Virus record (IMG/VR): IMGVR_UViG_3300033273_000677
Span: 711-64,710 of that record
DNA from: a virus
Taxonomy: Duplodnaviria; Caudoviricetes
DNA length: 64,000 bases
Reading direction: 5' to 3' (one strand)
A model generated the notes under the pieces. That model did not search any database. It had not been told where the DNA came from and saw nothing but the letters and a program-made list of their open reading frames with translations. Below, piece after piece: positions 54,301 to 63,475 of the stretch. The translations under genes were made by a program, and so were the position numbers. Every line of letters begins with the position of its first letter. Position 1 is the stretch's first letter.

Positions 54301-55602
54301 GATGTTGCTTCCGATTTAGCACCATCAAAATTAACTTCACAACTTCTTGCCACAACTGGTGGTACTGGAACAATTCAAATCCAAAATACCGATATTTTCC
54401 AAACATTTGAAGGTCAACCTGTTAGTTCATCTAACATTGGTTATGTCAAAATTGGAGATGAAATTATTGGATACAGCACTGCAACTACAACTCAATTGAC
54501 AATCAGCACTAGAGGAGTTGAAGGAGTCATAGAAACTCATGAAATTGATGATCAGGTAATGAAATATGAATTCAACGGAATTTCATTGAGAAGAATTAAT
54601 AATGTAGTCTATGATATTTCAGATACTGATATTGAAAGTGATGGATACTATATTGAAGTTGATAGAGGTGCCACATCAACTATTGAAGGGAAGTCAATAG
54701 GATTGAATAGATCAACAGATGGTTCATATCCACAAGTATCATTTACTACTGAATTAATTGGAGGTGGAACTGAAATCAAGGCATCTGAAAATATAATGTT
54801 TAATAGAATTAATCCTAGATTTAATGTAATATCTCCAGGAAAAGAAACTTCAGTGTCTTCAAATATTAGAACTACATCAGGAACAAGTATTAGTGGAAAT
54901 GAAGTTTCTTTCAATCTTGAAAATAAAGTGATACCGGTAATTCTAAATCAAGAAAATGACTTAAGTTCTGTGCGTATGGTTTGTTCTAGAGCAAATGAAT
55001 TAAATCAATCCGCATTTGCTAATGTATCTGGTAACAGATCATTCAATTCCACAGTGACATTGAATACAACCAATGAAAATCTGTCACCAATGATATTATT
55101 GGATGATTCTGTCGTGGAATTTATTTCAGATGGTATTAATAAACCTGTAACAAATTATGCTACAGATTCTTCTACTAATTCAATTGATAATGATCCGCAT
55201 GACGCAGTTTATGTTTCAAATATGATAAGTCTTGCACAACCAGCATCATCTCTTAAGGTTCTGTTGACGGCTTATAGACCAGATCCAGCAGATATTAGAG
55301 TTCTTTATAGTTTGGTTAGAGAAGATTCTGATGAAATTGAACAAGAATTTGAACTTTTCCCTGGATTCAATAATTTACAGTCAACTTCTCAAGGATCCTT
55401 AAAAGTTGTTGATCCTGCATTAAGTGATGGAAGACCTGATGTTAGAGTTCCAGCAAGTGAAAAAGGTCAATACTTAGAGTATGAATTTACTGCAAATGAT
55501 TTGGAAGATTTCAGTGGATATAGAATCAAAATCGTTATGTCATCAACTGACCAAGCAAACTATCCCATTATTAGAGACCTTAGAACTATAGCACTGATAT
55601 GA
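48397..55602 (+). CDS. Large virion structural protein (VrlC-like)
   Basis: NINPYYDDF...VQARELT, APGADR, KAYVAGY, DPLAQTF motifs of the protein that follows gp8 in cyanomyoviruses. Confidence 0.8.
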   Translation: MAQKTDLNINPYYDDFDEDKNFYKVLFKPGFPVQARELTTLQSILQNQVESFGSNIFKEGSMVIPGGITFDNDYSAVKLNSTNLGIDVSLYIKNFIGKTITGQSSGVTASVKNVALTSESDLVEYLTIYVKYSTAGNDPEISAFEDGELLIANENVTYGNTTISSGTAFASLIASNATSTGSALSVDSGVYFVRGTFVDVPKQTLILDYYTNTPSYRVGFNIKEEIINAKDDDSLYDNAKGFTNFAAPGADRFKISLNLTKKSLTDFNDTDFIEIFRSDDGKIKKVVDKTVYNIIRDYIAERTFDESGHYTVDEFELKVLNSLNDRIDNDGLFLENETTEEGNIPNDDLMCVQVSPGKAYVAGYDVEIDGTATIDVEKPRDTQNVSSINVPFEMGHLLRINNVEGAAEEKAEIELKSQFEEDGGGNVIGKARVYTCNLTDAAYSGDATEWDLYLYDIQTYTNVVFNRAVTTTEIPTTSFIKGKSSGASGFVVLGKNANNVDIYQTSGTFVADEQLTVNGIDASLSLKSFTVYGIRDIKSVEQTGLVGTPFKGDAVLTKKKIRGITEANFVSSTGVFTSPGNLFVGIKTGDIISYQVSGKSDPTYNRVTQVDGNLTSITVDPIGGNNVSGVYDKDKGGNGTYNIRLAVPELRNNENASLFARLPDSNISSVDLSNSQLSITRQITGESTDPNGVLAFDLPTGITSATYQAFDQERYSVHFNNGTIGTINSDTFSLSGNTVTITGLLAGQTGNVTVNTTLKKNGIRSKIKEYNRSAIRIVDLSTLAQSGAATSNSINDGLTYNPYYGLRVQDDKISLNVPDVAKVLSVYESTNTADPILDRIQFSSISQVDTDAIIGEDIVGSDSGALARIVQNSSSGATPAIPTNNIGIVYLNDQTFSVGETVTFKESGIISTVEAITLGKYKNITNNFRLNKGQKRQYYDFSRLVRVGTQVPERRLLIVYDHYTVPASDTGDVFTVLSYDADRFSEDVPLIGERRFGRVRATDTLDFRPRVQNFTVTTSSPFDFSSRNFGTEPQFILKSGEGSLIGYDFYLPRIDRVYLNKFGNVIIRKGISSEEPVPPENEDTDLMQLGQINLPAYLYNVDDAEISMIDNRRYTMRDIGNIEDRVENLERVTSLSLLELGTESLRVEDSEGNNRFKSGIFVDDFDDDSLSDNDLTTANIIDGELRPIAFRNTLQQKLVPAVEQPISSFDSEENYDLLDPNVQKTGNVVTLKYDSVDWLNQSFATKVENVNPFHVIEFNGIVQLKPKRDNWVRTIRLAPRIIRRTKRRTRRREVRGPRRRIGFDRRVRERRSVSRSTRTVLVSSGREKYIRSRNVAFFGRLFRPLARHYQFLDNHSNLDFIPKLIEIANSKTLKNYGSSNGAFRTGETVRVYKGGKRIGTFRLAKSNHKKGKFNSPKFTYTTNPYVPSESIPSGYSQSSKTINIDLNALASEAQGSFSGYVEKGAKIVGQTSGAIAYVKDLRLISDVNGTLFGSFFIKNPHRNPAPNPRIRTGKKTFRLSSSKTNQTPLPGSKLISAGDATYTARGTFRELQRVTTVTTTITRTITRRTDPLAQTFTVGRDIEAPDFSGDNDDDNGVFLTEVDLFFASKPSGEEPITVEIRSVELGIPTLTRIGEGKTLSPSEVKISANAKTPTRVTFDQPIFLPPGQEYALVLLAPNSDQYEVWTAKMGQKTIETKDLPNSQAIKYSVQFAIGSLFKSQNGSTWTPAQKQDLKFKLYKAKFTANTGIVHFGNPPLDSSNGYVPTLEENSLTALPKNVTLGITTISSSDSLVGILTAGRRIAGAGNSFGTIVSTGSSASTLTVTNGGLNYTNRTNSATTNVFGSGSGLTVDITQTAGVITGITINNPGNGYVTGDVVSIVNGSGESGRGAVITVTASGDIDTLYLTNVQGSIPTGDLVYYDTDTTKVSLANTDVLTSTEDGGIFSGNYLHVDHFNHGMYANNNKLELHDVASDLAPSKLTSQLLATTGGTGTIQIQNTDIFQTFEGQPVSSSNIGYVKIGDEIIGYSTATTTQLTISTRGVEGVIETHEIDDQVMKYEFNGISLRRINNVVYDISDTDIESDGYYIEVDRGATSTIEGKSIGLNRSTDGSYPQVSFTTELIGGGTEIKASENIMFNRINPRFNVISPGKETSVSSNIRTTSGTSISGNEVSFNLENKVIPVILNQENDLSSVRMVCSRANELNQSAFANVSGNRSFNSTVTLNTTNENLSPMILLDDSVVEFISDGINKPVTNYATDSSTNSIDNDPHDAVYVSNMISLAQPASSLKVLLTAYRPDPADIRVLYSLVREDSDEIEQEFELFPGFNNLQSTSQGSLKVVDPALSDGRPDVRVPASEKGQYLEYEFTANDLEDFSGYRIKIVMSSTDQANYPIIRDLRTIALI

Positions 55603-55805
55603 AGAATTTATCTAAAGTTAAAGATTATCCTCATCTTTATCGAGATGAGGATACTGGAGCAATATTAAATTATGATACTATTGGTTATAATCAAAGATTG
55701 AGAAAAATAAAAAGACAAAAATCACAAAAAGAAGAGTTGGATGAAATGAAGAAAGATATTGATGAAATAAAAACTTTGATAAAACAATTTCTTCAGAATA
55801 ACTAG
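55599..55805 (+). CDS. Small coiled-coil hypothetical protein
   Basis: LYRDEDTGAILN plus a heptad tail. Confidence 0.7.
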   Translation: MKNLSKVKDYPHLYRDEDTGAILNYDTIGYNQRLRKIKRQKSQKEELDEMKKDIDEIKTLIKQFLQNN

Positions 55806-55854
55806 CCTATACAAATAATATAAATAGCTAGAGGTATATTAGCATCACAAAATA

Positions 55855-56193
55855 ATGGCTGTTTATGTATCCAATATTGTGATTGAACAAGGATTTGATT
55901 TCGATACATCTTTTCAATTAGAGGATACTAGAACAAATTCTAGTTTAGACTTAACTGATGCATCAGTTTCTGGACAACTGAGAAAACATTATGGATCGTC
56001 TACTGCGGTATCTTTTGGATCCACCATAACATCTCCTGATTTGGGAATTTTATCAATCAGTCTAACAGGAACACAATCATTATCTTTGAAACCTGGTAGA
56101 TATGTATATGATATAAAAATAACTTCAGCTAGCGGTAAAGAGTACAAAGCCGTGGAAGGGTCAGCATTAGTAAGAGCAGGAGTAAGTAGGTAA
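55855..56193 (+). CDS. Virion structural protein (Ig-like adaptor)
   Basis: IEQG, LRKHY, GRYVYDI motifs; TATAAATA at 55819-55826. Confidence 0.65.
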   Translation: MAVYVSNIVIEQGFDFDTSFQLEDTRTNSSLDLTDASVSGQLRKHYGSSTAVSFGSTITSPDLGILSISLTGTQSLSLKPGRYVYDIKITSASGKEYKAVEGSALVRAGVSR

Positions 56194-57341
56194 TGCCCAA
56201 CATAAACGACAGAATTGGTTCTCAGAACGTAATTCGTGTATTATCCAATGCTTCTGCACCACCAACACGATTAGTTAATTTAACTGATGTAAACTCAACC
56301 TTAAAGACAAAGGATGGTGTAATTTTAGTTTGGGATGTTTCTACCGAAACATTCATTATGACGGATATTATTGATTCGTCATCTTTGAATGTTACTGGAA
56401 TCGCATCATTTTCAAATACTACCCAATCAGATTCTCCTACAACAGGAGCACTAGTTGTTAATGGTGGTCTTGGAGTTGGAAAACAAGTTTATCTTGGTGC
56501 AGGCATTACTATTACAGGAATTTCAACCTTTGCATCTGATTTAGATATTAATGCAGCTGTTGATATTTTAAATGGGTTAAAGGTAAACCAAACTTTTGAG
56601 TCTGTTGGAATTACTACCTTGGCATCATCCGGTGGCATTACGACTACTGGTGGTGATCTTTACGTTGGTGCTGGATTGACAGTAGCAAACAATCTTAAAG
56701 TTAACGGAACATCAGAATTTATTGGTAACGTTACTTTTAGAGGAGGAACTATTGGTATTGGTGACTCTACTAGTGACGATATTAATATTGGTGGTGAGTT
56801 TGTATCTAGTTTAGTACCAAATACCGATAATGCTTATGATATTGGTATTTCCACTCAAAGATGGAGAGACGGAAGGTTTTCTGGTATTATAACATCATCA
56901 ACTTTATCTGTTTCTGGTGTATCAACCTTTACTGGTGCCATTGATGCTAATGGTGACTTAGATGTTGATGGACATACTGAATTAGATAACCTTAATGTAT
57001 CAGGTGTATCAACCTTTACTGGTGCCATTGATGCTAATGGTGACTTAGATGTTGATGGACATACTGATTTATTAAATGGATTATATGTAAGTGGTGTTTC
57101 TACATTTGCTGGTGCTGCTGACTTTAACGGTGATATTGATATTTCCGGAGACTGTGTTGTCTCTGGAAATACAATATCCGAAGAAATTTCTTCACAAAAT
57201 CTTGGAGTCTCTGGATTAACCACTACACAAAATCTAAGAGTTGACGGACTATCAAGTTTTATCGGAGTGGCAACTTTTTCAACTAATGTTTCTGTAGGAG
57301 GAACTCTAACTGCCGGACTTATTGATGGAGGAATTTACTGA
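56193..57341 (+). CDS. Fibre protein
   Basis: VSGVSTF and GALVVNGGLGVG fibre repeats. Confidence 0.7.
   Translation: MPNINDRIGSQNVIRVLSNASAPPTRLVNLTDVNSTLKTKDGVILVWDVSTETFIMTDIIDSSSLNVTGIASFSNTTQSDSPTTGALVVNGGLGVGKQVYLGAGITITGISTFASDLDINAAVDILNGLKVNQTFESVGITTLASSGGITTTGGDLYVGAGLTVANNLKVNGTSEFIGNVTFRGGTIGIGDSTSDDINIGGEFVSSLVPNTDNAYDIGISTQRWRDGRFSGIITSSTLSVSGVSTFTGAIDANGDLDVDGHTELDNLNVSGVSTFTGAIDANGDLDVDGHTDLLNGLYVSGVSTFAGAADFNGDIDISGDCVVSGNTISEEISSQNLGVSGLTTTQNLRVDGLSSFIGVATFSTNVSVGGTLTAGLIDGGIY
56916..57067 (+). repeat. Exact 65-bp direct repeat with 87-bp period
   Basis: 56916-56980 is identical to 57003-57067. Confidence 0.85.
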
Positions 57342-58207
57342 TGGCAAAACCAACTACCAGAGAAGAACTAAAAGATTATTGTCTGAGACAACTTGGTGCA
57401 CCTGTTCTTGAAATTAATGTAGCAGATGAGCAAGTTGATGATTTATTAGATGATACCATTCAATATTTTAATGAAAGGCATTTTGATGGTGTAGAAAAAA
57501 CATATTTAAAATACAAAATTTCTCAAGAAGATATTGATAGGGGAAGAGGTGCTGGAGGTGGAACTGTTGGTGTAACTACAACTGGTGTTGGAATTGTTAC
57601 TACAACAGGAACATCAACAAACATTGCTGGTTTAGGTACAATAACTTCCAATTTTTATGAAACATCAAACTTTATTCAAGTTCCCGATTCTGTAATTGGT
57701 ATTGAAAAAATATTTAAGTTTGATACTAGCAGTATTTCTGGAGGAATGTTTAGTATCAAATATCAGTTATTCTTGAATGATTTGTATTACTTCAACTCTG
57801 TTGAACTTTTACAATATGCGATGACTAAGACTTATCTTGAAGATATTGATATGCTATTAACAACTGATAAGCAAGTTAGATTCAATCAAAGACAAAATAG
57901 ACTATACCTTGATATTGATTGGAAAGCACAAACCGCAGGTAATTACTTAGTTATAGAGTGTTATAGGGCATTAGACCCTGCAAACTATTCAAAAATTTTC
58001 AATGATAGTTTTGTTAAGAGATACTTGACTGCTGCAATCAAAAAGCAGTGGGGGCAAAACTTAATCAAATTCCAAGGAGTGAAACTTCCTGGTGGATTGG
58101 AACTTAACGGCAGGCAAATATATGATGATGGTCAAAGAGAGTTAGATGAGATAAGACAAAGAATGTCGTCTGATTACGAATTACCACCCATGGACCTGAT
58201 TGGATAA
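57341..58207 (+). CDS. gp13: Neck protein gp13
   Basis: LKDYCLRQLGAPVLEINV, QWGQNLIKF, LPGG. Confidence 0.92.
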   Translation: MAKPTTREELKDYCLRQLGAPVLEINVADEQVDDLLDDTIQYFNERHFDGVEKTYLKYKISQEDIDRGRGAGGGTVGVTTTGVGIVTTTGTSTNIAGLGTITSNFYETSNFIQVPDSVIGIEKIFKFDTSSISGGMFSIKYQLFLNDLYYFNSVELLQYAMTKTYLEDIDMLLTTDKQVRFNQRQNRLYLDIDWKAQTAGNYLVIECYRALDPANYSKIFNDSFVKRYLTAAIKKQWGQNLIKFQGVKLPGGLELNGRQIYDDGQRELDEIRQRMSSDYELPPMDLIG

Positions 58208-58212
58208 TACTC

Positions 58213-59655
58213 ATGACATTAAATCCATTTTTTCTACAAGGATCTCCGAATGAACAATTTCTTGTTCAGGATTTGATCAATGAGCATTTGCGAATGTTTG
58301 GAATTGAGGTTTATTATCTGCCAAGAAAAATATTTAAGACCGATGATATTATTCGTGAAATTCAATCATCAAAGTTTGATGATGTTTTTGCAATAGAAGC
58401 ATATATTAATAATTATGATGGATATGCTCCAGATAGTGATATTATGACCAAGTTTGGTTTGAGGTTAAAAAATGAAATAAGTTTGACAATATCCAGAGAA
58501 AGGTATGAAGAATTTATCGCACCATTTTTGGAGGGAATTAGTGCCGGAATTAGGGAAGGTCAAATTACCGAATATGATTTCGCAGACTTAATTACAAGAC
58601 CTAAAGAAGGAGATTTAATTTATTTTCCACTTGGTGAAAGATTATTTGAAATTAAGAGAGTTGAGCATGAAAAACCATTTTATCAATTGGGATCAAGTTA
58701 TACTTATGAATTGAGTTGCGAACTTTATGAATATGAAAATGAGCTTATTGATACTGCAATTGATGAAGTTGATAATACTGTAGAAGATGAAGGATATATT
58801 ACGTCACTCACCCTTGTAGGTACTGCCATAACTGCTACCGTAACTCCTATCATGGCAAGGGGAGGTGTTTCGCAAGTATTCTTAAATAATGATGGTTTTG
58901 GATATACATCTGTACCTACCGTAACATTTTCGGCACCAGAATCAGCAACAGGAGTTACAGCTACCGCAGTTGCTATTACAACTAGTATTGGAAATGTTCA
59001 ATCCGTAGAAAGAATTGATATTACCAATGCTGGTCTTGGGTATACAGTTGCTCCAACAATAACGATCTCTGGTGGAGGAGGAACAGGGGCAGCTGCCACT
59101 TGCTCAATAAATCAAACAACAGAGTTCAATATTAATCGCATTCGAATTGATAATGAAGGACTGGGATATTCAGTTCCACCTGCTGTAACAATCGTTGGAT
59201 CTGTTGGTTCTGGTGGAACAACTGCAATTGGTGTTGCAAGTATTTCTAGTGATGGTAAACTTAATGCAATTAATTTAACCAGACCTGGTGCGGGATATTC
59301 GGAAGCACCATCTATCAATATTGCAGGATTCTCTACCATTGGTTTTGGTACATTTGTTTATAATGAGTTAGTAACTGGTCAATCTTCTGGTACAACAGGA
59401 AGAGTTAGAGACTTTAGAACCATAGTTTCAGTAACTCCAGGTATTGCTCCTGTTACCAATCTTAGAGTATCACTAAATACTGGTAAGTTTTACACTGGCG
59501 AAGTAATCGTCGGATCACTTTCTTCTGCTAGATATGTTGTTAAAAATTATGATGATGAAAGTTATGACAACCCATACGATGTCAATGAAGAGATTGAAAC
59601 AGAAGCTGATAATATATTAGATTTTACAGAGTCAAATCCGTTTGGTAATTATTAA
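58213..59655 (+). CDS. gp14: Neck protein gp14 (with internal repeat insert)
   Basis: YYLPR, KFG, PKEGDLIYFP, PFYQLG, DFTESNPFG. Confidence 0.88.
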   Translation: MTLNPFFLQGSPNEQFLVQDLINEHLRMFGIEVYYLPRKIFKTDDIIREIQSSKFDDVFAIEAYINNYDGYAPDSDIMTKFGLRLKNEISLTISRERYEEFIAPFLEGISAGIREGQITEYDFADLITRPKEGDLIYFPLGERLFEIKRVEHEKPFYQLGSSYTYELSCELYEYENELIDTAIDEVDNTVEDEGYITSLTLVGTAITATVTPIMARGGVSQVFLNNDGFGYTSVPTVTFSAPESATGVTATAVAITTSIGNVQSVERIDITNAGLGYTVAPTITISGGGGTGAAATCSINQTTEFNINRIRIDNEGLGYSVPPAVTIVGSVGSGGTTAIGVASISSDGKLNAINLTRPGAGYSEAPSINIAGFSTIGFGTFVYNELVTGQSSGTTGRVRDFRTIVSVTPGIAPVTNLRVSLNTGKFYTGEVIVGSLSSARYVVKNYDDESYDNPYDVNEEIETEADNILDFTESNPFGNY

Positions 59656-60455
59656 TGTTAGGAACTTATTTTTATCACGAAATTATAAGAAAAACTATTA
59701 TTAGTTTTGGTACATTATTCAATAATGTTATAATTCGTCACACGAAAAGTGATGGTAGTATTTTGGATGAAACTAAAGTTGGTCTTTCTTATGGACCAAT
59801 GCAGAAGTTTTTGACAAAAATTCAAGAGCAAGAGCAATTATCAAAATCAATTGCTATTACTCTTCCCAGAATGTCATTTGAAATGACTTCTATACAATAT
59901 GACCCTACAAGAAAAACTGGTGTAACTCAAACATTTAAGGTTAATGATACTTCTGGAAACACAAAAAAAGTTTTCATGCCAGTACCATATAATATTGGAT
60001 TTGAACTCAACATTTTTTCAAAATTAAATGATGATGCACTTCAAATTATTGAACAAATACTTCCATTCTTTCAACCATCATTCAACTTAACTGTTGATCT
60101 AGTAAATTCTATTGGAGAAAAGAGAGATATTCCAATCATACTTGACAGTATTGATTTCCAGGATGATTATGAAGGTTCATTTCAAACAAGAAGAGCACTT
60201 ATCTATACATTGAGATTTACTGCGAAAACATATCTGTTTGGTCCAATCGCAGAAAGCACGGATGGTCTCATTCGTAAGGTACAGGTTGATATGTATGCAG
60301 ATACAAATACTCAAACTGCAAAACGTGAAATGAGATATGTAGCAACACCAGATCCAATTGATGCAGAACCTGGAGATGATTTTGGATTCAATGAAAGTTG
60401 GGAATTTTTAGGAGATGCTAAGGATTATAGCCCAACCAGACAACAAGATATTTGA
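59655..60455 (+). CDS. gp15: Tail sheath stabiliser/terminator gp15
   Basis: YFYHE, FGTLFN, LPRMSFE, PVPYN, EQILPFFQP. Confidence 0.92.
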   Translation: MLGTYFYHEIIRKTIISFGTLFNNVIIRHTKSDGSILDETKVGLSYGPMQKFLTKIQEQEQLSKSIAITLPRMSFEMTSIQYDPTRKTGVTQTFKVNDTSGNTKKVFMPVPYNIGFELNIFSKLNDDALQIIEQILPFFQPSFNLTVDLVNSIGEKRDIPIILDSIDFQDDYEGSFQTRRALIYTLRFTAKTYLFGPIAESTDGLIRKVQVDMYADTNTQTAKREMRYVATPDPIDAEPGDDFGFNESWEFLGDAKDYSPTRQQDI

Positions 60456-60460
60456 TTATT

Positions 60461-60880
60461 ATGAATAATAGTTATGACCCTATCGACGAAGCACTCAATA
60501 CAACGAGTGATATTGTTGCATCGAAACCAATTCCCAAACCGGAAGTTGTTAAGTCAAAAGATGTAGATATTGAGAAGGACTATGAATATAGTCGTGCAAA
60601 CCTCTATTCCCTCATAGAGAAGGGTCAGGAGGCAATCAACGGTATTATGGAGGTTGCAGGTGAGGGAGGTAGTCCAAGGGCATATGAGGTTGCTGGACAG
60701 TTGATTAAGAGTGTTGCTGACACTACTGATAAATTGATTGATCTTCAGAAGAAACTCAAAGATGTTGAAGATGAGTCTAAGAAGACCACAAACAATGTTA
60801 CCAACAATGCTGTTTTTGTAGGTTCTACTTCAGAACTTCAGAAAATGCTAAAGCAAGGTTTTCTAAATAATAAAGAGTAA
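60461..60880 (+). CDS. gp16: Terminase small subunit gp16
   Basis: DYEYSR, SPRAYEVAGQLIK, FVGSTSELQKML. Confidence 0.9.
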   Translation: MNNSYDPIDEALNTTSDIVASKPIPKPEVVKSKDVDIEKDYEYSRANLYSLIEKGQEAINGIMEVAGEGGSPRAYEVAGQLIKSVADTTDKLIDLQKKLKDVEDESKKTTNNVTNNAVFVGSTSELQKMLKQGFLNNKE

Positions 60881-60895
60881 CTTACTTTTTTATTA

Positions 60896-62314
60896 ATGAA
60901 AAAGTGTAAGCAGGGATACTATTACTGTTATACTGATGAGAAGTGCAAGCCCATTCCTCAGGGTTTGAAGATGACCGCCAGATTTTCTGGTGGTGGAAAG
61001 GAACCCGAAGAAACTGGAATAGACGTACCGACAAATGGAAATAACCAGAATGGCAATGGAAATGGGAATGGGCACTCTAATGGGGGTTCTAATGGCGGAG
61101 GCGTCAGTGAAGGCACCCTGCACAAGTGGTTCAAAGGATCCAAATCTAAAGATGGCAAAGGTGGGTGGGTCAATGTCGTCACAGGTGGAACCTGTGCAAG
61201 TGATGAACCAGGAGAAGGAACACCAAAATGCGTCTCTTCAGCAAAAAGAGCAAGTATGAGTAAAGCAGAAAGACTCTCTGCTGCCAGAAGAAAGAAAAAA
61301 GCAGATCCTGGACAACAACAAAAATCTGGTGCTGCAAAACCAACCTATGTTGCTACCGATAAAAAGAAAATGAAAAAAGAAGAAGTAGAAATTATTGAAG
61401 GAAAGGATAAAAAGGGTAAAGGTAGTGGCACCAAAGATGCCTGCTATCATAAGGTCAAGTCACGTTATTCTGTATGGCCTTCTGCTTATGCTTCTGGTGC
61501 ACTTGTAAAGTGCCGTAAGGTTGGTGCTGCCAACTGGGGTAATAGCACTAAGAAAGAGTCATATGAATTATCAAACTGGAGAGATGACTTCAAGGCAACT
61601 GAATATGAATTTGTTGACCTCATCAAACCAGAACCAATTAAAGGTGGTCAAGAGCAGATTGATGAAGGACAGAAGTGCTGGAAGGGATATGAGAAGAAGG
61701 GCACCAAAAAGATGTTTGGTAAGACCTACAATAACTGTGTGAAGAAAGAAGAAATTGAAATTGAGGAAAAGAAAGATCCTTGCTGGGATACTCACAAGCA
61801 AGTGGGTATGAAGAAGAAGGGTGGCAAAATGGTTCCCAACTGTGTTCCCAAAGAGGAAAAGCAAATCGGTGGTGGCAATCTCAAAAAACTTGCCGGAAAG
61901 GCAACTAAGAGAGTTGATGCTGATGTAGATGGTGATGTTGACACTAAAGATATGAGTTCTTCTGAGACTGGAGAATTCATACCATCTCCATGTGGTAAGA
62001 AAAAATTAAAACCAAAAGTTAGATTTGAACAGTCTGACTGGAGATCTGAACTTGGTGAAGATTGGCAGAAGGTAAATAAATCTGATAATACTGATGGAAT
62101 GTCACAGAAAGCAGTAAATGCTTATCGTCGTGAAAATCCAGGTTCAAAGTTAAAAACTGCCGTAACTGGTAATCCAAAGAAAGGAAGCAAGGACGCAAAG
62201 AGACGTTCATCTTATTGCTCCCGTTCGGAGGGGCAAAAAGATATGCATAATATTGATTGCTCTAAGACCCCAGATAAAGCAATCTGCAAAGCCCGTCGTC
62301 GTTGGAAGTGCTGA
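60896..62314 (+). CDS. Basic, Cys-containing modular protein (probable internal head protein)
   Basis: Repeated CW...NCV modules, PSAYASG, RRSSYCSR...RRRWKC C-terminus. Confidence 0.65.
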   Translation: MKKCKQGYYYCYTDEKCKPIPQGLKMTARFSGGGKEPEETGIDVPTNGNNQNGNGNGNGHSNGGSNGGGVSEGTLHKWFKGSKSKDGKGGWVNVVTGGTCASDEPGEGTPKCVSSAKRASMSKAERLSAARRKKKADPGQQQKSGAAKPTYVATDKKKMKKEEVEIIEGKDKKGKGSGTKDACYHKVKSRYSVWPSAYASGALVKCRKVGAANWGNSTKKESYELSNWRDDFKATEYEFVDLIKPEPIKGGQEQIDEGQKCWKGYEKKGTKKMFGKTYNNCVKKEEIEIEEKKDPCWDTHKQVGMKKKGGKMVPNCVPKEEKQIGGGNLKKLAGKATKRVDADVDGDVDTKDMSSSETGEFIPSPCGKKKLKPKVRFEQSDWRSELGEDWQKVNKSDNTDGMSQKAVNAYRRENPGSKLKTAVTGNPKKGSKDAKRRSSYCSRSEGQKDMHNIDCSKTPDKAICKARRRWKC

Positions 62315-62317
62315 TCA

Positions 62318-62623
62318 ATGAAAAGTTTTCAACAGTTTTTACAAGAAAGTATCACCATCAACGGTGATTTTAATGGAACTCTCAATGTAGGTGGTTCCCA
62401 ATCAGAACAGGCATCAGAGTCATTCTTTGCCGATGTTGTCTGGGAAGGGAAACTATATAGGTTAGAGATAGAAGGATCTATGCTCTCCAAAAATGAATTG
62501 GCAGAACAAATTCAAGGAGAGTATCCCGGAGCAATTGTTCATAATATCTATCCGAATTCTGGTCCATCTAAAGTTAAAAACGCACAAAGATATCAACCAG
62601 AAAAATTAAGTTGGAGTGACTGA
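62318..62623 (+). CDS. Hypothetical protein with T4 capsid-targeting-like N-terminus
   Basis: MKSFQQFLQE resembles the T4 internal-protein CTS MKTYQEFIAE. Confidence 0.65.
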   Translation: MKSFQQFLQESITINGDFNGTLNVGGSQSEQASESFFADVVWEGKLYRLEIEGSMLSKNELAEQIQGEYPGAIVHNIYPNSGPSKVKNAQRYQPEKLSWSD

Positions 62624-63462
62624 TGGCACAGTGGAATAAAAATGATCAAGATTATCTAAATCAGGAGAGAACTCTCCATGAGGTGATGTTGATTGCGGAT
62701 TCGCAAGGTAATATCATTGATGACTTTGGAGGTTCATCTACAACTTCTGCACCAGGAGGAGCAGATATTTTTAGTCGGATTGATATTGCTGCTGGAACTT
62801 ATACAGCATACTCTTACATTAATAAGTTTGGATATAGAGAAATTCAAGCAAGTGCTACCCAATACTATTCAGTAACATCTCAAGGAACATATACATTTCC
62901 AACTGCAACAGACACTGCTACTGTTACTAGTTCAGATACTGGTGACGATAATGGTGGAACAGTTTTAGTTTCTGGTCTTGATGGGGATTATAATCAAGTA
63001 GAAGAAACTATTACCATTGGACAAAGTGGAACTCAGCAGTTTTTAAGAGTTCACAGAGCACGATTAGTAACTGCAAATACTGGAAGCACGAACTCTGGAA
63101 ATATTACTGTTGAGGTTGATGGTGACACAGTAGCATATATTCCTGCAGGATATGGACAAACACTTCAATGTGCATATACAGTTCCTGCTGGATATACTGC
63201 CTACATATTTCAGATAGATTGTGGTGTGGATGAAAAAGAGAAACCAGTTCATTTTCGTATTGTAACTAGAGATAATACTGTTGCAAACGCTGCTTGGAAT
63301 ACAAAGCAGTTTATTGTTATGGAAAGCAATTATGTTTCTCAAAATCAAACTGTTCCGATCAAGGTAACAGAGAAATCAGATATCTTATTAGAAGCAAATT
63401 CTACAGATGGGCAAATAGAAGTTAGTGGTGGATTTGATTTAGTTCTTAAAAGTAATAGTTAA
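62623..63462 (+). CDS. Putative virion structural protein
   Basis: INKFG...GLDGDY...YTVPAG beta-rich protein. Confidence 0.6.
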   Translation: MAQWNKNDQDYLNQERTLHEVMLIADSQGNIIDDFGGSSTTSAPGGADIFSRIDIAAGTYTAYSYINKFGYREIQASATQYYSVTSQGTYTFPTATDTATVTSSDTGDDNGGTVLVSGLDGDYNQVEETITIGQSGTQQFLRVHRARLVTANTGSTNSGNITVEVDGDTVAYIPAGYGQTLQCAYTVPAGYTAYIFQIDCGVDEKEKPVHFRIVTRDNTVANAAWNTKQFIVMESNYVSQNQTVPIKVTEKSDILLEANSTDGQIEVSGGFDLVLKSNS

Positions 63463-63475
63463 TTGAATTTTTATT

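Noticed and set aside
61034-61110. AATGGN repeats as a non-coding microsatellite
   Set aside because: Explained by an Asn-Gly low-complexity linker in the 472-aa ORF with varied third positions
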